Below, piece by piece: positions 34,649-39,343 of a stretch of 39,343 nt of DNA. The translations under genes and the position numbers were made by a program. Source of the DNA: a virus (lineage: Duplodnaviria; Caudoviricetes); IMG/VR virus record IMGVR_UViG_3300016265_000323, positions 1 through 39,343 of that record; one strand, 5' to 3'. The notes beneath the pieces were generated by a model, which worked only from the letters and a program-made list of their open reading frames with translations, did no database searches and was not told the DNA's origin. Positions within the stretch are counted from its first letter, which is position 1. Each line of letters starts with the position of its first letter.

Positions 34649-35346
34649 AATACCTAATTAAATACGCATCCCGTTCTCGTCCTGAGAACTTTGAACGCGG
34701 ACTGATCAGCATAATCGACAACGCAGCAGCACCAGAGAACATCGTGGTACTTGTATCGCTCGACGTTGACGATACCCGACTATCCGAGTACATGACTGTA
34801 ATCGAAAAGTATTGGAGCAAAGTACACATCAAAGTTAAAGCAGGTGAATCACTCAGCAAGATACACGCTATCAACCGCGAAGTGAATGAGTATAAAGCGC
34901 ATTGGGATATTCTGATCAACTTCTCCGATGATATGATCTTCACTATGAAAGGGTGGGATAGTATTATCGCTGATCTCTTTGCGCGACATTTTCCGAACGG
35001 GGATGGATTCTTACACCTTCCAGACGGAAACCAAAACGAAAACATCAGCACGATGTCTATCATGGATCGCAGGTACTATGATCGGGATGATTATATCTAT
35101 CATCCGTCATACATCAGTCTATGGTGTGACGTGGAGGCAACAGAGGTAGCGAAGATAAGACAGCGACACATCTACGTTAACAAGCAACTGTTCAAACATA
35201 TTCACCCTGCATGGGGATTAGCCCCGTTTGATAAGCAATATTTGAAAACTGAATCATATCATCACGTTGATAAACTCACATACGATGAGCGAAAACAAAA
35301 CAACTTCGGCAATCAAACTATCTATTCTGATTCCCACATTGCCTGA
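34645..35346 (+). CDS. Glycosyltransferase, GT-A-like
   Basis: SRSRP, D.DD, KIHAIN, FSDDM, Y.SLWCD.E and H.HP. Confidence 0.75.
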   Translation: MKYLIKYASRSRPENFERGLISIIDNAAAPENIVVLVSLDVDDTRLSEYMTVIEKYWSKVHIKVKAGESLSKIHAINREVNEYKAHWDILINFSDDMIFTMKGWDSIIADLFARHFPNGDGFLHLPDGNQNENISTMSIMDRRYYDRDDYIYHPSYISLWCDVEATEVAKIRQRHIYVNKQLFKHIHPAWGLAPFDKQYLKTESYHHVDKLTYDERKQNNFGNQTIYSDSHIA

Positions 35347-35887
35347 GCGGTACAGTATGTTCTATAATGTTACTAATAACATACGTGAACAACTAAGGTC
35401 GTTTAGATTATTACAAAGCGTAGAAATATTACACGATCCTTCTGAAACTAAGACAATCGGGGATAAACGTCAGGCATTGATTGATCGTTCACGTGGTGAG
35501 TATGTTGTGTTCATTGATGATGACGATGATATAACTACTGACTATATCTATGAAGTAATGAAAGGAATTGAATCGGGAGTAGATGTTGTTGGAATAATCG
35601 GAAGTTACTACGTTGACGGCATTTACAAAAAGCCTTTCCGTCATTCTATCGGATGCGGAACAGATGCTTCAGGCAATCCGTATTGGGAAGACGACACACA
35701 ATACTACCGTTGTCCAAATCACCTGAACCCCATGAAGCGTTCAATAGCGACACAGGCTTACTTCATGTCAAGCAATCACGGGGAAGATACAGACTTCGCA
35801 ATGCAGTTATACAAAAAACAGTTACTCAAATCTGAGTACATGATCGAAAAAACAATATACCAATACTTTTACAGAACAAAGAAATGA
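35285..35887 (+). CDS. Glycosyltransferase family 2
   Basis: LSILIPT, GEYVVFIDDDD and GEDTDF. Confidence 0.85.
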   Translation: MSENKTTSAIKLSILIPTLPERYSMFYNVTNNIREQLRSFRLLQSVEILHDPSETKTIGDKRQALIDRSRGEYVVFIDDDDDITTDYIYEVMKGIESGVDVVGIIGSYYVDGIYKKPFRHSIGCGTDASGNPYWEDDTQYYRCPNHLNPMKRSIATQAYFMSSNHGEDTDFAMQLYKKQLLKSEYMIEKTIYQYFYRTKK

Positions 35888-36723
35888 AGCGCGTAATATC
35901 TTATTCACTATTTGGTTACGGAGTACAGCACGAAGGATGCTTTAGTTTTAATTCATTCCTACGCGGTCTTATGATTAACCTACGAATGAACCGATTGATA
36001 TACCCAGATTTTGAAAATTGGCTTTACACCGATCAGGTTACATACGATGCGTTCAAAAATCTGTTCGACAAACTAGCACAGGGTAAACACATTCACATTA
36101 AGATTATGCCATCCGCTCCGCTGTGTAAGGCGATGCTGTGGCGTATCGCACCTGCATTTGATGAATCAGTTGATATAGTTCTATGCCGCGACCTTGACAG
36201 CCCATCAACATACCGAGAGCGTCAATGCGTACAGTATTGGATGGATTCGACAAAGTGCATTCATGCGATAACGGACAGCGTATCGCACAACATACCGTTA
36301 CTAGGTGGCATGATTGGTATCAGAGCAAAGAACTTCCGCGAATATACATCGTGTCATTCATTTGATCAGATCATCAACCGATGGGGAAGCATGGACTTCA
36401 CGCGCAAAGGTTCAGATCAGGACTGGTTAAATGCTTACATTTACCCTATGGTAAGTCAGCAGGGACGCGACAGCATCACACAACACTATCTGAAAGGAAT
36501 GCCGAACACATGGCTATCCGATTACCGCAACACCGTACCCGATATTACCGTGCCGATTGATCACGAACTACGCGAGAGCAATGACGTGTGCGGACACATC
36601 GGAGCAGCAGGTTACTATGAGACAGCTATGTTTAAATTTCTTCGAAAGCATTGGAATAAGTTTAGCGATTTACTTGAAATCGAAAAGGAGTATTCAACTA
36701 CATTCTATTGGGTCAATGAATGA
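35884..36723 (+). CDS. Putative glycosyltransferase-like protein
   Basis: ISYSLFG, MLWR, RDLDS (DxD), H..PLLGGM and DQDWL; lies in the GT cluster. Confidence 0.6.
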   Translation: MKRVISYSLFGYGVQHEGCFSFNSFLRGLMINLRMNRLIYPDFENWLYTDQVTYDAFKNLFDKLAQGKHIHIKIMPSAPLCKAMLWRIAPAFDESVDIVLCRDLDSPSTYRERQCVQYWMDSTKCIHAITDSVSHNIPLLGGMIGIRAKNFREYTSCHSFDQIINRWGSMDFTRKGSDQDWLNAYIYPMVSQQGRDSITQHYLKGMPNTWLSDYRNTVPDITVPIDHELRESNDVCGHIGAAGYYETAMFKFLRKHWNKFSDLLEIEKEYSTTFYWVNE

Positions 36724-36895
36724 TACCGTCATCAGCATTAACGGGATAGCTGTAAATAGCACCCCGATCAGAGGCGAACAGACAACAGACACCTCACACC
36801 TTGTATCATTCAAAGATGAACAAGGCAATAAAGTTTATATCTACATTACTAACAAAACAATCACAGACGTACAATGGATGAAAGTAATAAAATAG
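36716..36895 (+). CDS. Small hypothetical protein
   Basis: Start revised to ATG 36716 (MNDTVI). Confidence 0.5.
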   Translation: MNDTVISINGIAVNSTPIRGEQTTDTSHLVSFKDEQGNKVYIYITNKTITDVQWMKVIK

Positions 36896-37623
36896 TCGTA
36901 CTATCTACGAACAACAACCCCGACTACTATCTGTACCTTCCGTATCAGGTTAAGGCATGGCACAAATACGGATGGAAGGTTTGCGTAATGGTAACGCCTG
37001 ACGTAACGGCTACACTTGACGCGGATTACATTATCACAATGCCAGTGGTAGAAGGTATCAGAACTGAAACACTAGCGCAGGTATCGCGTTTATATGCGTC
37101 ATTGTACCTACCTACTGACGCGCTGATCATGACGTGCGATATGGACTTGATACCGCTATCCGATTATTGGAAACCTGATTACAACGGCATAACAGTTTAC
37201 GGTCATGATCTTACGGACTATTCATTCGTCCCGATGGGTTACGTGGCAATGACTGGTGATAAATGGATTAACGTAATGGGGTTACAGGGTGTTGAATACG
37301 CTACTAATTTACCTGATAAAATCCTTGCAGACGTGGATGAGATTGGACTGGCACGTTCCGAACAATGGGAGCAATGGTGGAATCACGATTGGACACTACT
37401 AACTAAACGCCTCCGTCAGCATTGGAATAAAATAACCTTCATCAATCGTGGCAGACGTTTAACAGGCACATACGCGTATGGGCGCGTTGATCGCGGAGAT
37501 TCAATGCAGATACCACCGAATGAAACGCTGATAGATGCGCATTGCGAGAACTTTAACACGCAACACCCAGACAAACTAAATAAATTTCTAGCCCTTTACA
37601 CTTCGATTCATGGAAAAATTTAA
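36874..37623 (+). CDS. Putative glycosyltransferase-like protein
   Basis: QVSRLYA, CDMDLIPL (DxD), RVDR and IDAH; lies in the GT cluster. Confidence 0.6.
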   Translation: MDESNKIVVLSTNNNPDYYLYLPYQVKAWHKYGWKVCVMVTPDVTATLDADYIITMPVVEGIRTETLAQVSRLYASLYLPTDALIMTCDMDLIPLSDYWKPDYNGITVYGHDLTDYSFVPMGYVAMTGDKWINVMGLQGVEYATNLPDKILADVDEIGLARSEQWEQWWNHDWTLLTKRLRQHWNKITFINRGRRLTGTYAYGRVDRGDSMQIPPNETLIDAHCENFNTQHPDKLNKFLALYTSIHGKI

Positions 37624-38122
37624 GCACCAATTCCGATACATCTGCAATGATCTTTGTTACTATCCGTTCCTTTATCAGGCACTTGAAATGACAAAGAGGG
37701 GAACGGTTCTGGAATACGGAACAGGACACGGAAGCACACCGATACTACACGATTACTGCAAAGCGAAGAAACGCAAGTTAAAGTCATTTGACTACTCGAA
37801 AGAATGGGCTGAGAAGTTCACGAATCTAGCAAGCGCAGATCATAAAATATACGTTGTTAGAGATTGGGATGAAGCATACGAACCCGTTGCAACTGTCGTA
37901 TTCATCGACCAAAGTCCGGGCGAAAGACGCAAGATCGACATTCAGAAGTATGCAACATCAAAGGCTATCGTAGTTGTTCACGACACTGAACCTGCTGCCG
38001 ATCACGGTTATCAGATGCGGCAATACTTTGGGCTGTACAAGTACGTTAAAGACTATCAGACCAACGGAGCATGGGCTACTGTGTTGTCTAATCACTACGA
38101 CATTACTAAATTTAACACATGA
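37610..38122 (+). CDS. Class I SAM-dependent methyltransferase-like protein
   Basis: VLEYGTGHGST, SFD, VFID and VVHDT. Confidence 0.7.
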   Translation: MEKFKHQFRYICNDLCYYPFLYQALEMTKRGTVLEYGTGHGSTPILHDYCKAKKRKLKSFDYSKEWAEKFTNLASADHKIYVVRDWDEAYEPVATVVFIDQSPGERRKIDIQKYATSKAIVVVHDTEPAADHGYQMRQYFGLYKYVKDYQTNGAWATVLSNHYDITKFNT

Positions 38123-38403
38123 CACCGATTAAAGTAATAACCTACTGCGCAGCGTTCGGGTACGTCTTCGCGGAGGTCAGCGGAATACCGCAACGGTACG
38201 CTAAGTTCTTTTGGATGTTCACCAAAGGAATCAACCGATCATCCTTAAAACCGTTCACGTGCGGTATGTGCCTTTCATTCTGGTCGGGTTTGCTTTCTTC
38301 ATATTTAATCTTTAACTTTGACACGTTCACATCGGTAGGAATCGGATTCACCGCGTCTTTAACCGCTGTGATACTTAAAGCTATACATCAACGATTGCTA
38401 TGA
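38119..38403 (+). CDS. Membrane protein with CxxC (DUF1360-like)
   Basis: KPFTCGMCLSFW with flanking transmembrane segments. Confidence 0.65.
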   Translation: MTPIKVITYCAAFGYVFAEVSGIPQRYAKFFWMFTKGINRSSLKPFTCGMCLSFWSGLLSSYLIFNFDTFTSVGIGFTASLTAVILKAIHQRLL

Positions 38404-38627
38404 ACCTAACAGATCAGGACTACGCGGAGTTAAAACCATTCATTCACGCTATACGTAAAAATAGAGAATCGGGTGGGTCACGAATTATCCGCGAAGCACA
38501 TCAACTTATGGCGCGAATCTGCGAACAACGACACGGAACACACATCAATCTCAGTTGCGGTGACTGCCAAGCAAAAATGTACAACATAATCAACAGCCTA
38601 CTAGATACATACGAAAATGGAAAGTAA
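38400..38627 (+). CDS. Small CxxC protein
   Basis: SCGDC; coupled to its neighbours. Confidence 0.6.
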   Translation: MNLTDQDYAELKPFIHAIRKNRESGGSRIIREAHQLMARICEQRHGTHINLSCGDCQAKMYNIINSLLDTYENGK

Positions 38628-39090
38628 CGAAGGACGCGACGAAAAAGGAAGGTTCACAGTCGGTAACCTATTCTGTCTGGGTGGATTCAACGGAGGAAGA
38701 CCCCCGATGTATTCACAACCTGACGTAATGTTCGACAAAATAGCCGAATATATCCAATGGGCTGACGCTCAGAAAGGTAAGGTCGGAAAAGGTATCTATA
38801 CCCTAGAAGGGGCAGCGCTTTATCTGGGGTTCGCTTCAGTACAGTCTATGTACGATTATGAGAAGAAAGATTCGGGGTTCGCTTATGTCATTAATAGGTA
38901 TCGTTTATTCCTTGCAGAATGGAACGTACAGAAGCTATATTGGGCAGGAACTACACAGGGTGCGATCTTTTGGCTGAAGAACAAATCTGACTACAAAGAC
39001 GAGGTTATACAGCAGCAGAACCAGACGATCACGAACGTAACGCCTATTGTGAAGGATTCGGGAACGCCTCTGGAAAGTAAAGAGGATTAA
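38617..39090 (+). CDS. terS: Terminase small subunit (P22 gp3-like)
   Basis: GRPPMY, YTLEG..LYLG and GAIFWLKN; TAATG overlap with terL. Confidence 0.85.
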   Translation: MESNEGRDEKGRFTVGNLFCLGGFNGGRPPMYSQPDVMFDKIAEYIQWADAQKGKVGKGIYTLEGAALYLGFASVQSMYDYEKKDSGFAYVINRYRLFLAEWNVQKLYWAGTTQGAIFWLKNKSDYKDEVIQQQNQTITNVTPIVKDSGTPLESKED

Positions 39091-39343
39091 TGTTTGACAC
39101 AACCGTAGTATATCAGTCCTGTTGGGAATCGAAGAGTGATATTGTCGTTCAGCAGGGCGGCACATGGTCGGGGAAGACTTACGGCATTATGCAATGCCTG
39201 TTCTCTTTGGCGGTGTCTGGTAACTACGTTATTACCGTTGTCGGTCAGGATATACCGAACTTAAAGCGCGGTGCATTACGTGACGCGCAGACAATCGAAA
39301 GCAGTTCACCGATACTGAAGCAGTTGATACAATCGTACAACGC
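39090..39343 (+). CDS. terL: Terminase large subunit, 5' part
   Basis: ATG 39090 MFDTTVVYQSCWESKSDIVVQQGGTWSGKT continues in frame into base 1 through the repeat. Confidence 0.93.
   Translation, partial: MFDTTVVYQSCWESKSDIVVQQGGTWSGKTYGIMQCLFSLAVSGNYVITVVGQDIPNLKRGALRDAQTIESSSPILKQLIQSYN
39123..39343. repeat. Terminal direct repeat, right copy
   Basis: Identical to 1-221. Confidence 0.95.

Noticed and set aside
32494-38122. Host capsule or LPS locus flanking a prophage
   Set aside because: The cluster is translationally coupled between the phage sigma-like gene and terS within a closed circle, and lacks transport and sugar-synthesis genes.
1-39343. CRISPR array, tRNA genes, DGR/reverse transcriptase, stop-codon reassignment
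   Set aside because: I saw no spaced repeat array, cloverleaf, RT motifs or TR/VR pair, and the genes are intact and tightly packed under the standard code.

Overview
This window is an apparently complete, circularly permuted genome (unit length 39,122 bp; bases 1-221 recur at 39123-39343) of a tailed dsDNA phage. The host is very likely in Bacteroidota: several promoters match TTTG-N19/20-TAnnTTTG and I saw no clear Shine-Dalgarno sites. The + strand carries terL, tail genes with a -1 frameshifted chaperone pair, an XkdF-type protease, scaffold, capsid, tail tube, an extended portal, an SGNH esterase and lysis genes. A - strand early arm (21.2-30.5 kb) carries DnaB, a DNA methylase/SF2 helicase pair and RecT/YqaJ. 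A final + strand block carries a phage sigma-like factor, about six glycosyltransferase-like genes, a methyltransferase and terS. I recognised no integrase, DNA polymerase or tRNA. Most notable: (1) two tandem integron-like cassettes with attC-like sites (22108-22823), genes in reverse orientation, in a phage with no integrase; (2) a four-copy motif TAAAC-N14/15-ACTATTAAG-N3-ATG before virion operons, probably read by the phage sigma factor; (3) the glycosylation cluster; (4) two structured 5' leaders with loop-loop complementarity; (5) an operator box and an unannotated ribbon-helix-helix gene at the divergent switch. All product calls come from recognising motifs by eye; no database searches were run.
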